From NCBI GenBank assembly GCA_038087875.1, contig JAXLNO010000211.1, positions 1 to 62,093 of the forward strand: DNA of 62,093 nt, read 5' to 3'. This document shows, piece after piece, positions 61,797 to 62,093 of this stretch (positions within the stretch are counted from its first letter, which is position 1; every line of letters begins with the position of its first letter). The stretch is from Malacoraja senta. Taxonomy: Eukaryota. The translations under genes and the position numbers were made by a program. Under the pieces are notes generated by a model. That model made no database searches. It worked only from the letters and a program-made list of their open reading frames with translations, and was not told the origin of the DNA.

Positions 61797-62093
61797 AGGG
61801 GCTGTCCCACTTCGCGACCTAATTGGCGAGTTTAGAAGAGTTTAGGAGAGATTGAAAAGTGTCATGTTGAAGAGCTCCTTCGACTATGTAGAAGACCTCC
61901 TTCGACCTCTTCGATTGTTGAAGACAGCTTCGATTAGCTCTGGGAAAATTGGACACCAAATAGTGGAGAGTGAAGGCTGTGGCCGGTTTCCTGCGGGTCC
62001 GAGCCCCGAGAACTGCCCGCAACAGCTTCCCATTGGCGGTTCCTGCGGGTCCGAGCCCCGAGAACTGCCCGGCAACAGCTTTTCATTGGCCAG
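61797..62093. mobile_element. Left end of a Harbinger-like MITE, running off the window
   Basis: taa|aggggctgtcccactt; a similar TIR (aagtgggacaggccct|taa) occurs at 16841-16859. Confidence 0.6.

Overview
Repeat-dense eukaryotic genomic DNA. The repeat content (HER1-type CR1 LINEs, HE1-type SINEs, ubiquitous 'gctggagtaactcagcggg' repeats) points to a cartilaginous fish, probably a skate or ray (inference). Two host genes are visible only as scattered exons. (1) A minus-strand SUN1/SUN2-like LINC-complex gene has five supported exons at 16986-924 and two weak upstream candidates; one exon carries a 1-nt frameshift and the KASH-lid is altered. (2) A plus-strand MHC class I-like alpha-1 exon (54496-54756) lacks the classical peptide-anchoring residues and the N86 glycan site. 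The rest is nested mobile DNA: CR1 (one with an intact 1030-codon ORF2), a full-length L1, L2-group LINEs, two Tc1 elements, a hAT, Harbinger-like MITEs, a non-autonomous Helitron, a Mag-type Gypsy fragment and Penelope relics. The most notable unannotated signal is a dispersed family of short Penelope-derived repeats carrying a minimal hammerhead-ribozyme core (CUGANGA-stem II-GAAA-CG-UC), including a perfect-core copy in sense orientation in a SUN intron. All family assignments come from motif recognition by eye; no searches were run.
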